64,000 nt of DNA from Raja brachyura (taxonomy: Eukaryota). Position 1 is the first letter of the stretch, and every line of letters starts with the position of its first letter. The translations under genes and the position numbers were made by a program. The notes under the pieces are model-generated. The model made no database searches. It had not been told where the DNA came from and worked only from the letters and a program-made list of their open reading frames with translations. The stretch covers positions 59,086,001 through 59,150,000 of the forward strand of contig OY740781.1 in NCBI GenBank assembly GCA_963514005.1, given 5' to 3'. Of this stretch, positions 10,700-24,300 are shown piece after piece.

Positions 10700-12890
10700 C
10701 ATGTACCTAGAATTATGGTCTTAAATCTAGGGAGGGTTGACTTCAATAGTACAAGACAGATCCTGGTAAAAGCATATTAGGAGCAGCAGTTAGAGGGAAA
10801 ACAAGTCTGAAAAATGGGAAATGGTGAAAAAGTAGTATGAGTTAGCGTTTCGTAAAGGTTAGCGTTTCGTAAAGCAAAGAAGATAAGATTAGTGAACCTT
10901 GGATAACAAAAAAAATCACGGGTTTGATCATGATAAACAGAAGGGTGCATATGCCAAGTAAAGGAAATTGTTATCTATTGAATTATTTGGGGTTTACAGA
11001 TACAGGAGAGATCTGATGAAAGTAGTTTGGAGGACAGAAATGGAACGTGAAATGGCCCTGGTCAACAGAATTAAAACAAAATCCAAAACCCATATATATA
11101 TTAGAAAGAAGAAGGTAGCTGGGAAAGGAGTAGATCTCTTTTGGACCAAAAATCAAGTCTTTATGTGGAGCCAGGGTTATGACCTTTCTTACACTGTCAG
11201 GTTCTGGGTTTCTGCTTTGGGGTGATAGACGGTGGTCACAAGTGATATGTCACCATATTCCATACTCCATATTCACCACTGGGAAGGATGGGGAGGCTGG
11301 AGGGTTCGGGGAGATGTAAGTTGATCATTTGAAATGTGTATCCCAGGAAATATTTGAGATACTTGATGCACAAACCCGTGTGGGTTTTCATTGGGTGCTC
11401 CGGTTTCATTCCACATTCCAAATACGTGAGAGTTCGTAGATTAATTGGCTTCTGTAAATTGTCCCTAGTGTGTAGTATAACAGCGTGGACTTGGAAATCC
11501 ATAGAGCCTATTTGCGCACTGCAGGGAGCAAGGGAAGACACTGCGGGGCCTCCAACAGGGATTTTTGCATCTTTTTTACCCATGAGTGAAGAATTAGAAG
11601 ATTGGAGGGTAGCTAATGTTATTCCCATATTCAAGAATGGAGGGAGAAATAAGCCAGGAAACTACAGTCCAATGAACCTTTCATTAGTAATAGGGAGACT
11701 ATTGCAAAAAAATTCCTAGAGATAGGATTTATGATCATTTGGAAAGACAGGAGCGACTATGGGGAGTCAGCATAGTTGGAAATAAAACAGAAATCATGCC
11801 TCATAAATCTGTATTTTTAGGAGAATTTTGTGAAGGAAGCTGGTGAAGGCGTGGAGGATGTTGCTTGCATAGACTTTAGTAAGGTTTTTGGCAAGCGCTC
11901 ACATGGTAGACTGATCTAAAAAGGTTAGGGTATGTGAAATTCAAGGTGTTCTGGCAAATTATAAAATTGTCTTGGGAGGTGGTAGTGTTGGTGGGAAGAG
12001 GGGTGGGTTTGTTGCTTTTCTGATTGTATGTCTTTTATCAGTAATGTACCTTTGCTGTTTGTCATATATAAATAACTTAAATTAGATTGTCGCCGGTCTG
12101 ATGAGTATGTTTACTGATATCACAAAGATTAGTGATAGCAAAAATGGTTGGCTAAGTATAGAGAGAAACACAGATCAGCTGGAAGGTTGGTCAGAATAGT
12201 GACAAATGGCAATGAATCCAGCCAAATGTGAGGTAATGCAATTTGGGTTGTCTAATATTAGCAGAACATTTACAATAAATGTCAGAAACTTTGGAAGTGT
12301 TGATGTGCAGAGGGGACATATAATGCTAGTTCCTAGCTCCCTGAAAATGATTACACAAGTGGATAGGGTAGTTTACTTTGCTTGCTTTCATTGGCAGGGA
12401 TATTGAGTATGAGATTTGAGACATAGTGTTGCAGTTATACAAAATATTGGATAAGCCACACTTGGAATGCATTGTACTGCTCTAGTCACCACACTATAGA
12501 AGAGATGTGGTGGAATTCTAAAGAGTGCAAAAGAGATTCACCAGGATGCTGCCAGGAATAGCGGGCTTTAGTTACAAGGAGAATTGGAATAGGCTAAGAT
12601 TATTTTCATTGAGGCACAATGGCTTATAGATGTTTATAACATGATTATATGCCTAGATAAGGTAGATAATTACAGTCATATTCCAATGGTAGAAGAGCCT
12701 AAAGCACAGTCTAGAGCAAGAGTCTAGAAAAGTCCGGAGCACATAGGGTTAAGGAACGAGGGAAATATTTAAAAGTAATATAGGACCAGGTTTTTCCTCA
12801 AAGGGTGGCAGGTATAAGCTTCCAGAGAACACAGACAATACAGATACAATAACAACGTTTAAGAAATACATTTGGAGAGCTATATGGACA
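10700..12890 (+). mobile_element. Old CR1 LINE ORF2 remnant, interrupted by a V-SINE
   Basis: Peptides EDWRVANVIPIFKNGGRNKPGNYSPMNL and MAMNPAKCEVMQFG, plus DFSKVF-like text, are typical of CR1 RT. Many stops. Confidence 0.8.
11350..11490 (+). mobile_element. V-SINE fragment
   Basis: gtgggttttc..gggtgctccggtttc..ccacattccaaa..ttaattggcttctgtaaattgtccctagtgtgtag, similar to 2700-2820. Confidence 0.65.
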
Positions 12891-14504
12891 GGATGGGTAA
12901 ACTGATAGGACTGAAGGCTGATAAATCCCCCTGGGCCTGATGGTCTGCATCCCAGGGTACTCAAGGAGGAGGCTCGAGAAATCATGGATGCATTAGTGAT
13001 CATTTTCCAATGTTCTGTGGATTGGAGAATAGTTGATGTTATTCCACATTTTAAGAAAAAGAGGGAGAGAGAAAGCAGGAAATTATAGACATGTTAGCCT
13101 GACATAGGTGGAGTCTGGAGTCAATTTTTAAAGATGCAATTATCATTATGCTGGAGTCAATTAATAAAGATGTAGTAGCAATGCATTTGGATAGCAGTAA
13201 CAGGATAGATCCAAGTAAGCATGGATTTATGAAGGGGAAATCTTGCTTGACTAATCTTGAATTTTTTGAGGATGTAACAAGTATAATGGATAAGGGAGAG
13301 CTTTCAGAAAGGGAGAGCTATCTGGACTTTCAGAACACCTTTGATAAGGTCCCACACAGGAGATTAGTGGGCAAAATTAGAGCACATGGTATTGGGGGTA
13401 GGCTATTGACATGGATAGAAAATTGGTTGGCAGACAGGAAATAAAGAGTAGGAATTAACGTGTCCATTTCAGAAAGGCAGGTGGTGACTAGTCGGGTGCT
13501 GCAGGACTTGTTGCTGGGACCACAGCTGTTTACAATATATATATATGAATGATTTAGATGAAGGAATTAAAAGTAACATTGGCAAATTTGCAGATGACAC
13601 AAAGCTGGGTGGCAGTGCGAACTGTGAAGAGAATGCAGGGTGACTTGGATAAGTTGGGTGAGTGGGAAGATGCTTGGCAGATGCAGTATAATGTGGATAA
13701 ATGTGAGGTTATCCCCTTTGGTGGCAAGAACAAGAAGGCAGATTATTATCTGAATTGTGTCACATTAGGAAAAGGTGAAGTGCAACGAGACCTGAGTGTC
13801 CTTGCACATCAGTCACTGAAAATAAGCATGCAGGTGAAGCAGGCAGTGAAGAAAGCTAATGGCATGTTGGTCTTCATAATGAGAGGATTTGAATATAGGA
13901 GCAAGGAGGTCCTGCTGCAGTTGTACACGGCCCTGGTGAGACTGCATTTTGAGTATTGTGTGCAGTTTTGGTCTCCTAATTTGAGGAAGGACATTCATGC
14001 TATTGAGGGAGTGCAGCGTAGGTTCACCAGGTTAATTCTCGGGATGGAGGGACTGTCATATGATGAAAGATGAAATGAGTGAGGTTTATATTGACTGGAA
14101 TTTACAAGGATGAGAGGGGATCTTGTAGGAACATCTATATTACTAAAAGTAAGATCTTGACCGCTTTTAACTCACTGCAATATGATTTCCGAGAGAATGC
14201 CGCCACTTACAGCTGTCATTTTTGGCCACCTCGCTCAGAGACCCCCTCCACCAGACTGGACTGGAGGATTTTTCTCATCGATGAAAAATCAGAGATATAT
14301 TAATGTATTAGAAACATTCACCATTCTCTCTGCTGCCCCTGCTGGTGGGAGGGGGGAGGGACTATAAAACCTGGAAGTGGTGCACCTCACTAGGTCTCTG
14401 CAAGATGGAGGAAGCGAGAGTGTCACGTCTCTCTGAGCTCTGACTAACACTGAACACATGTCCACTCAAATGTGAGTGCCCTTAATGTGGTTTGAAAATA
14501 AAAA

Positions 14505-15432
14505 TATGGTTACTTTGGAATGCTGCACTGCAAAAAAAGGCTGTTGATGGCAGTGGTAACTGCTTTTGAAAGGCTGCACTGCAAAAAATTGGCTGTTGTT
14601 GGTGGTGGTAACTGCTTTTAAATGGCTGCAATGCAACAAAAACAATGGCTGTTGGTGGTGGTAACTGCTTTGAAAGGCTGCACATTGAAAAATAATGGCT
14701 GTTGTTGGTGGTGGTAACTGCTTTGAAATGCTGCACTGCAGAAAAAATGGCTGTTGTTGGTGGTGGTAACTGCTTTGAAAGGCTGCACTGCAAAAAAAAT
14801 GGCTGTTGTTGGTGGTGGCAACTGCTTTGAAAGGCTGCACTACAAAAAAATGGCCGTTGTTGGTGGTCGTAACTGCTTTGAAAGGCTGCACTGCAAAAGA
14901 AAATGGCTGTTTTTGGTGGTGGTAACTGCTTTGAAAGGCTGTACTGCAAAAAAAATGCCTGTTGTAGGTGATGGTAACTGCTTTAAATGGCTGCACCGGA
15001 AAAAAATGGCTGTCGGTGGTGGTGGTAACTGCTTTGAAAGGCTGTACTGCAAAAAAAAGCCTGTTGTTGGTGGTGGTAACTGCTTTGAAAGGCTGCACTG
15101 CAAAAAGAATGGCTGTTGTTGGTGATGGTAACTGCTTTGAAAGGCTACACTGCACAAAAATAGATGGTTGTTGGTGGTGGTAACTGCTTTTAAAAGGCTG
15201 CACTGCAAAAAAAAAATGGGTATTGTTGTTGGTGGTAACTGCTTTGAAAGGCTGCACTGCAACAAAAAAATGGCTGTTGTTGATGGTGCTAACTACTATA
15301 AAGGCTGCACTGCAACAAAAAATGGTTGTTGTTGGTGGTGGTAACTGCTTTGACAGGCTGCACTACAAAACAAAATGGCTGTTGTTGGTGGTGGTAACTG
15401 CTTTGAAAGACTGCATGGCAACAAAAAAATGA
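14505..15432. repeat. Minisatellite, ~52-bp unit, about 17-18 copies
   Basis: Unit tggctgttgttggtggtggtaactgctttgaaaggctgcactgcaaaaaaaa. Confidence 0.95.
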
Positions 15433-15440
15433 AATGGCAG

Positions 15441-15678
15441 GAAACTGCACTTGAGTTTGGTGGCCCTGCACCCTGCTTGCAGTGGTATGAAACTGCACTT
15501 AAATTCTATGGCCTTGCAGCCTGCTTGAAGTGGTCGGAAACTGCACTTGAATTTGGCGGCCTTGCACCCTGCTTGAAGTGGCTGGAAACTGCACTTGAAT
15601 TCGGTGGCCTTGCACCCTGCTTGAAATGGTAGGAAACTGCATTTGAATTTGGTTGCCTTGCACCCTGCTTGAAATGGA
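15441..15678. repeat. Minisatellite, 48-bp unit, about 5 copies
   Basis: gaaactgcac recurs at 15441, 15489 and 15537 and onward. Unit gaaactgcacttgaatttggtggccttgcaccctgcttgaagtggtag. Confidence 0.92.
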
Positions 15679-17139
15679 AATTCAAGGAATTGCCATGAGT
15701 CAACTGCTAGCCCACCAGCCATTAGTGAGCTGCCAGCACATCAGGCTTGAGTGACTGAGCTGCCACCCGAAGAATCTATTTGGCCCACAACGTCCATACT
15801 AACCGGTCCCTTCAGCCCACAGTACCCATACTAGCACTCCAGAAAGCCCGCCACTGGCCACCAATATTGGAATTGGTGGAGAGGTGGAATATTGTGTTGG
15901 GGGACCAGCCCTCCTGTGTGAACATGTGACCCAACGGGTCCCACTTTGTCTAGTATATAATATGATTAAGGGATTGGACATGCTAAATGCAGGAAACATG
16001 TTCCCAATGTTGGGGGAGCCCAGAACCAGGGACCACAGTTTAAGATTAAGGGATAGGCCATTCAGAACTGAGATGAGGGAAAACTGTGGAAAACTCTCCC
16101 CCAGAGAGTTATGAATTTGTAGAATTCTCTGCCTGAGAAGGCAGTGGTGTCCGATTCACTGGATGCATTCAAAAGGGCTTAGGCTCTTAGGGCTAACGAA
16201 ATCCAGGGATATGGGGAGAAACTGGGTACTGATTGTGGATGATCAGTCATGATCACATTGAATGTATTAGCGGTGTTGGCTCGAAGGGCTGAGATGACTG
16301 AGAATTAATTACTAGGGGCTGGTGGCTGGGGATGTTGGCTAATCACAGTTGAGAGGCAGAACGGGCATCGAATCACCCCTAGTAAATGCCTACTATGTTC
16401 TGTCTGCTGAAGCAAAGCAAGCATTTCATTGTCCTATCAGGGACACATGACAATAAACTCACTTGAATTTGACTTGCCCTGCCCAGCGTGCCGGACCTGC
16501 CTGCCAACCCATGGCATCTCGCCCTCTGTCAGCGATTTTGTGAACAATTTATGGATGTCTCTGATAAAATATTAAAGGCAATAGATTTAAATAGCTTCAA
16601 GATTTGCTTTGAAAAGTAATTAAAACATGAAAAGTATGGCAAATTATTACTTTTTAAATGGCAATAAATGTTTGGGTTAATATCGGCATTTGGAAAACAG
16701 ATACCCTTATGTCTCTTATTTCCCGTACCCTTTATTTCACTTGGTGTGTTTACATTATTTACTCGTACAAGATAAGATCTTGTGGTTTTAGTCATTATTG
16801 AAGTTATACGTTATTATGTAATCAGCCGTCTTGTGAATTTTTTTACGTCCAATGATTACGGTGCAGGGTTGCGTCAGTGAGAGTCAGGTTACAAGATAGT
16901 GGGCATTTGCCACACAATATAACGCATAGTACCCAGATAACACGCACAATATGAGTTTGTGCTGATAGTATTTCACTGCTTTAGATTAGGTTTTATCGCT
17001 GTGTCTTTTTTTTTTCTTGCGGTCCTATTCAGCTTTCCAAACAGACGCCCTGTCGATTTCATGCAATAACTGTTGCATGCAAACTTGGAGCAGATTTCTT
17101 CGTAGGCATCTCGGGGGCGGGGGGGGGGGGGGGGGGATC

Positions 17140-17330
17140 CCCACTGACATTAATAGATTTGAATAGAGGTGGTACAGAGTGAGACCCAATTAATTTAAAA
17201 TTACTGTCATAAATCATTGGAAGTGTAACTTACAATGTTAATCGGTACGGTGATTAATTGGTATTAAAAAAGTATTAGCGTGGAATAATTTAAATCACTG
17301 AAAAGTAGCTTACTATTATTAACATGGCAA
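17140..17330. promoter_or_regulatory. Candidate ISL1 enhancer (PBX-HOX/MEIS motif cluster)
   Basis: ctgtcataaatca at 17204-17216 is TGATTTATGACAG on the minus strand. TGATTAAT at 17251-17258 and several TAAT cores. Non-repetitive sequence. Confidence 0.45.
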
Positions 17331-20300
17331 TAGAAGCTTGAGTTAAACTATAACGCTTCCCCTTTATACTTTTGTAGTTTGCTTAGTTGTATTTTGTATA
17401 ATGATAATATTTCTTGATGGGTTTATGCCCGGTGTCTAGATGTTAAATATATATTTGGAATTGCGGTTTCAAGGTATTTAATTTACAGAGACGGCTGCTC
17501 CACAGTTTCTTGATTCATTGAAAGATGACAAGCAACGTCAGTGATTGCTGTGGAGTTCTCTATATGTGTTATACAATAAAGGGTATTTCCTGAAGTCAAA
17601 TTTCGGCAATCATAAATTGAAGATAGGGACGGCGATTCTTCTTAAATCAGTGGGACCGCGTTTTTTCCTAAATTAATCTCCTTGATTGTCGCTGCTGAAG
17701 CTCATTGCTTACTTCAATAAATGCAGTGTCCAGTTAAGACGAAATAAATTAGGGTACGCTAAACACATGTCCCACACCAAAAGCATACATTCACATGCAT
17801 CTTGAAATCCTTGTAGTTAGAGTGGAAGCAAATCATCTTCGGCTAGAAATGATCCCATAAGTCGCCAAACAGTTGAATATAAATCATTAAGTGTAAATCA
17901 AGAAATAATTTTGAAATTGCCCTGAACTACCAACTATAGCGATCCGTGTAGTGTGCAGCAATATGTTGCAATACCCGTATGTACTGTTCCACACATTGAA
18001 ACACTGGCCACGCATTAAAAGTACTTCACCGGTCGTAATGTGTTAAACCACGTGTTTCTCATTTACAGGTCAACTCAATTTCTGACAATACGAAAATGAA
18101 AATGAAACAAAGGTCTATAAAACGCCATATACTACACATATCTGTTGTGTGTTTAGAATGTGTGTTGGAAATGTGTCTTTTTGTATGGAGCTTCGTATAA
18201 TTGTTTAATATTAAACCATTTTTGGGGTAAATAATGGCTTATATCAACATCTATTCTACAGTTAACGAAACTCACATTTACAAGTCCGATCACAAATTTA
18301 GACCAGCCTTACCTTCCAATTATTATAATCCAACGTAAGTGCAGCCTGTTCCATTTCCCTTTCAGTGTGAGTTGTCATTTACCATACACACAGTGAAGCT
18401 CGTCAATTAAATAGTTTAAAAAATTTTTTAAATGACCGAATGAAGTCGCATTTAGCGCCTAGTCTGCTTAAAACAGATTGCTTGCCTTCACAATGAGAAT
18501 AGAAGAATAACATTTTAACGCACAACATTGTGGGTTTTTTTAAAGGAGTTAATTTCAGATGTTCACTTATGCTCCAGTTAAAGATATGTAATTGTACATT
18601 TTAACACGGGACTCTGTATATAAAACACTCTACATATTTGGAAACCACTCATTTTAACATCTGATATTAGAAATATTGAGCTCCTGTTCTCCGTTTGCAC
18701 CCGGCTACTACTGACACTTTGAATATACAATACTAATATTTTGGAATACAGTTATCGCATAATTGATTGTATTATGCTTTAAGTAGTATGGGTGCAGCAT
18801 AACAGAAAACTGAGATAAATCCTTCTATGTTGACTCAAGATCATCATATAGTGAACTCATTTTAGGTAGGCTACTTTTACTTCGCCCAAAATAATTGACT
18901 TTGAAATCTCGCTCCCATCTAATATCGGAAAGTATTGCGTTTTAAATCTAGAATTAGGAGGGTGTCACACCAGACTGATTTAGTTCTGACAGTTACAAAC
19001 TTGGATATATATTGAAGTAGAGCGCCCCCTTTCAAGCTATATTTACAAAACGTTATTTAAGCGGTTCCGTCAAAATAAGTTGACGCACCATAGAATTTAT
19101 TCATTTTCAATATCCGGGTAATTGACGGTACGATTATTTGCAGTCCGATACGTAACCTATAATTATTATAATCAAAAGTTTTCAAGAGAGATTTAGCTCT
19201 TAGCTCTTAGCTCTTAGCACCAAAGGATGATCAGCAATGATCATATTGAATGGTGGTGCTGGCTCGAAGGGCCGAATGTCACACTCCTACACCTATTTTT
19301 TTTATGTTTCTATAATCCGTATAGATAGCAATGTGCTCAATAGTACTGTTGGGTTTCTATAGTAACATTTAGTCTTCTTCAAAAAAACCTCATTCATATT
19401 ATGTTGGGACTCACGTGGTCGCTCTTCCCCAGATAGGTATTGCTCGAATGGCTTGCAAGACCTGGACAAAACATGCTGTGCTTCAACTTGACATTCCTAC
19501 TTTGTAAAGAACGTTAGTTCGCTTGTTAAATGCCTATTGTAATCTCAGATGTCTCCCTAAATTGAAGTACTGCTGTCTATACTAACACTCGGAAACTCTA
19601 TATCGCTGCATCGATCAGCATATCACCTACATATTAATTTAACCAAATATTTCCCGTTGTGTGCATGTTTATTCGCAACTCAACAATTCGAGCGAAGTCA
19701 TACTTTTCCGTCGTATACATTCGAATTATTAACTCTGCAGTACACTTTTCGCTGATGACCAATTAATATTAGTAAATGACAAAAATGAGTAATGCATTAT
19801 AAAAATGAGTAACATATTCAGTGTATTTATTTACGTCGCCAGGAAAAATGTGATTAAATCCGAAATACGCAAGGTAAACTGCCAAAACATTAACAATTGC
19901 AAAACATTGAAGTCTGAAGGTCTGGACCTGAAACGTCATCGATCCATGATGCTGCTTAACCCATTGGAGTTACTCCAGCACGTTGTATCTTTTATTGACA
20001 ATCGCATCATTAGCGTCTATTCATAGTGCTGTAATAACGTTCAATTAAAGATAAAATCTGATTTATATTAAAACGTTTTAAAGTTCCTTTTTCGAAGTTT
20101 CGATATATTTTATTTTCTTTAGTCTGGTGTCATATAATTTCATGTCGCTGTTTCTCAATTAACAGTTACTGACCACTGTTCTATTATAAATTCATAGCAA
20201 AAAAAAGTTACAAACTGTAGTATATCAACGCTGTAGACTGACCACATTCAACTACTTATCAATTTAATTTAATTAAAAATATATATTGGATATATAGCAT

Positions 20301-23254
20301 TAACTGTACACAGTGCACGGCTTTGCTCCGTAATAAATTTGCTAGGAGAAATAGATGTGCAGATAGGAAAATACCGCTCTTTAATGCTGTGCGTTCTTTT
20401 CTACATGCTTGTATGCAAGATAAAGGGAAGAGAGCGTGGTTTGGATCCGATGTGTCAAGTAGCCGGATCAGCTGGCTGAAGGGAAGTATGCACTGTCTCT
20501 TTAAGCAGGTTGTTGCGCTAATGAATTGCATTCTGTTGATTTGAAACTGAGGCTCCAGGCTGCTGTCTTTCTCTTGGCGGTATAATGCCCTCTCAATAGA
20601 TTTAGTGCTAATATGGTACATTTGTTCTACACATTCAGCAGTCAAGGTCCATGAGATTAAAGATCGGCCACCTCTGGAGAATAAAGAAACCTCCAGGGAA
20701 TCCAATAAATTTGATGATTGATTTCTCTGGTGCATTTTCCTCCGGAATAGAATTCATACCTCAGCACAATTCCTCTGCATTGCCGCTCTAATTTAGTTTA
20801 CGTTAACTTCCCTCGTTCATCAGGCTTCCAAATGCAGCAAAAATTAAAAAAAGAAAGATTTATTGTTGTATTGGCTTCGAGTGGGCCTGGAGTATACGAT
20901 CGGGATATAATATAAACCAGCCTGGAATTAAATGATTACGTATGCAATCTCCGTAAAAGCATATTTTAAATGGGTTTTTTTTCAGTGCTGGTTTTATAGA
21001 TTGCTTTAAGTAAGACCAGCTCCTGTGGGCTTTGGCGCAGTGCATTTAAAAAACGCTCGTTTGAACAAGATACATTTAATCTTAAAACTGTAAGCGCAAT
21101 GTTAAGGAACCGTCAGCTGCGCCGTTGTCTGCAGTGACAGAAACGTGTCTTATTCCCACTCGGCTATTTATTTCAATAAATTCACATTTTTTAGAATAGA
21201 GTTAATATCACTCGCTGAGCCATTATGGCAAATTGTGTACTTAAGTCAGAACTAAAGGTTGAATATCTTTCAAGTTCTCTCACAGGGGCTCTTGTGTTGC
21301 AGCGTCTGTTATGTACTTACTCTAACAAATTGCAGCCTGGTTGTACTCCATCCCCACACAGACTGTTAGTTTCAACTGCGTTTTAATAGGGTCTGACATG
21401 CTACAATGCCGGTAGAGATAGCTGTTATGCTACTTTTTTACGCTGCACTCCAAGTTTAGTATTTATATTAACACCAAGAAATGTCAGATTGTCACGGTAA
21501 ACGGTGTCTGAGACATTCGCTTTTATTTCACGCACAGACGAGGTTCCTGTGTTGGAGGGCTAACGGTTAAAACTCTTCTGCGTTGCGCAAAAACAAAGCC
21601 ATTCTGACCCGCTGATGTCATGTGGTGAAAGGTTACTGATCATTTAGTTTGCTTTTCACGCGTCGTTTCCTGTGGCTTCCACGGATAGGGAAAGGATCGG
21701 TCCGCACCCCCTTCTCACGCAGGACACAGCCAGCCCACACCCCGCCCTTAAAGTAGCTCAAATGCAAATATTTGTTTCATAAAACGTGAAAATGACGTTT
21801 GGTTTGGTTTATGAAATACGACTGAGAGTAAAATCAACTCTTAAGAATGTTAGACACAAAAAGCGGGAGTAACTCAATGGGTCAGGCAGCAACTCTTGGG
21901 CTGTGTCTGGGCTGATTTCGATAGTCTCGATCCACACGGGTTTCCTCAGACACTGCCTGTCGCACTTTAATTCAACTCTGACATCCTCAACTTCGAACCC
22001 AACCACTAATACTTACCCACTAATATTTAGACGGATCGAAGTTAGTGCAATTATTATCCCTAGCAAGTGAGCTAGAACGCATATAGAATTGTGTATGTAG
22101 ATTCAAGGTTCAAGAGCATTTAGTGTCATGTGTCCCAGTTAGGACAATGACATTCTTGCTTTGCTAGATCGACAGGGGCTATGATAGATTATTTTAGCAT
22201 AAAACTCCACCGAAAGCATAGCTAGTTGAGGCGAAACATCTCACAAGCAGCATAATGTTCAAGGTGCCTTGGCGTTAAATAGCAAGGAATATATTATCTT
22301 ATGTCTTTGGCACCCTGCAACGACTTCATTGAGCAGCAAGTAGATACCATTGAATTACTCCGCCCCCTAGACTGAACACAAGCCAACCTAATGTGTAATG
22401 TGAACTGAATTTGCTCCAAGGAAGTGCAGTCCGCATTCTCTTTTGGTTTTGAAATGCAAAATGTCAGCAACCACAAAGGGGAAAATGGTTAGTCACATTT
22501 ACAAGGCGGAAGGGGAAAATACTCAATGTGCCTTTCCATAGCTGTCCTACTTAAAATACACACACGCACATATCGCGTAAATATGCTTAGCTGTGCCTGA
22601 CACGAAGGATATCCAAAGTGCCAGGGTTTCAGAAAAAAAAACCTAATTAAATAATGGATTGAATTTGACGACTACGCATACTTGTAATACACGATTCTAG
22701 CAAGATACCAGACTTTAGATAAATCTACAAAATATTCTTCGATTTGATATCATTTAGCTTTACCTTAGATATCTTCACAAAGGGAAATAATGACACTACA
22801 AAATTCCACATTTTTTTGTGTAGACTTAAAAGTAACCAAACGTAAGCCATGTGTTTTTAATAAACCTTGTGATTATTAAATTTAAAATAAAACAAGATAT
22901 GGCGTAATATCATTTAAAATACTTGAAATATCATATGTATCGTTCCGTTGTCAGAAACTGGGGCCATTCTGTGAAACGTGGCGATTCTTAGTTAAAGTAC
23001 TTAACTAATAGACTTAGAGAAAATGGTTGCAAAGTTTATGAATGTCGTCTGCAATTGCCTGAACAGGGTGGAACACGAACAAAAAAATAGCCCATGGTGG
23101 TCTTGTCCCCCCGTGAAAGCAAAACAAAATGATCGCTGAGTTTAGAACAGGAATCGTCTCTTGTCTTTGAAATCCTACCACTCCATTATAACATTTGGAT
23201 AACGACAATATTGTTCTGAATATATTCCTAAAATAGAATCATAGCAAATTTACA

Positions 23255-23640
23255 TTGGTGGGGAAGGTGGGCGTTCGTCCCGTTGAGTTCGTCCCAATCA
23301 GCATAAGTGCTGCCCAGTCTAATCCTACTTTCCAGCCATTGATCCGTGGCCCTGCAGGTCACTGCTCTTCAAGAACACATCCAGGCATTTCTTAAACGCA
23401 TTTTTGTTCAGGCCATGCGTTCCAAATTCTTGCCGCCCTTTACGTAAAAACAAAGCCTCGCCTCTTCCCTCATCCTCGTAGTTGCTTTGAATCGATGTTG
23501 TTTGGTTGAGTGTCCCTCTACTCAGGGAAATGTGACCTCTCTATTTACGCCGTATTGGACGCTCAATTTATCTTGCGCTTCAATTGTCCTCTTTTCAATG
23601 GTGCTAAAGGTATCAGCCCTAGCCCTCCAATTGTTCACAT
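23255..23640 (-). mobile_element. Very old CR1 3'-end remnant
   Basis: Degenerate match to the reverse-complement CR1 tail pattern seen at 45960-46300 (ggcgttcgtcccgttgag, gcgttccaaattc..accc-like, gtaaaaa). Confidence 0.45.
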
Positions 23641-24044
23641 ATGTAAAAATATATTTATATTAATCATGAACTGAAATATTCACGCTACATCCTTAAATCT
23701 GAACTACTCTTAAGACTGTTGGCTGACCAACGTGCAATTCGCTTTATGGGGCATAAGATTCAACTCTACATCCCTGTCATTGTTATATAAAGCTGATTAT
23801 ATATCCCACCAAAAATGGACTGTCGTTTATTTTACTACACGTGCTTTGTAAGCTAGCATGCAATTGTGCATTGGAAACGTCCAATGGAAGGTAGTTGCTC
23901 AATCTCTCCCTGGTACATTGTTTACCGGGTACACACACTCGCATATAATTTGTGCAATTATCCATCCTGTAGGCGAAACCTGTATACCGAAACAGAATGT
24001 TTATCAAATAATTTGTTGCTAAAAATGGATAACAGATGAATGGC

Positions 24045-24300
24045 GAGATTTCGGTGCCATTTTATAGGTGAGTTTAAAGCTCATAAATTGTTATGGAGAG
24101 GGGCTTGACAGATCAGCCCCTATCTCCACCTCCCCTCGTCAAGGCAACAAACGGCTATGTGATGGACATCACAGATTGACACGTCCTGCTAGAAAGCCTG
24201 TGAAAATTGCAGAAATATTTATATTGATGACCTATAAAAATTACACACCTAACAAAGGACAATGTCACCTTTATTAAAACATGGATTTCATAAATGCAAA
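24045..24300. promoter_or_regulatory. Candidate ISL1 upstream enhancer
   Basis: Cluster of TCATAAA/TTTATA (Hox/Cdx-type), TGACAG (MEIS) and AACAAAG/ACAATG (SOX) motifs about 4 kb upstream of the ATG. Confidence 0.4.

Larger units (their letters stand above)
14134..15953 (+). mobile_element. Non-autonomous Helitron (1820 bp)
   Basis: Starts TC (tctatattactaaaa) and ends CTAG (15950-15953), preceded by the hairpin gaccc-aac-gggtc. Inserted between A and T with no TSD, precisely interrupting a CR1. Confidence 0.85.
12895..16292 (+). mobile_element. CR1 (HER1-like) LINE, 5'-truncated, split by a Helitron at 14133/15954
   Basis: RT peptides HGFMKGKSCLTNLEFFEDVT, YLDFQNTFDKVPH and WQMQYNVDKCEVI..EYCVQFWSP. 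The sequence resumes after the Helitron as tatataatatgattaagggattggac and ends in the CR1 tail gctcgaagggctga. Confidence 0.9.

Noticed and set aside
10841-10874. 17-bp tandem duplication gttagcgtttcgtaaag x2 (similar short duplications at 19193-19218 and 50110-50162)
   Set aside because: Ordinary local slippage in or near TE remnants.
14466-15722. Long ORFs (up to 263 aa) and a CRISPR-like periodic look
   Set aside because: These are translations of head-to-tail minisatellites. There are no unique spacers and no cas genes, and the context is eukaryotic.
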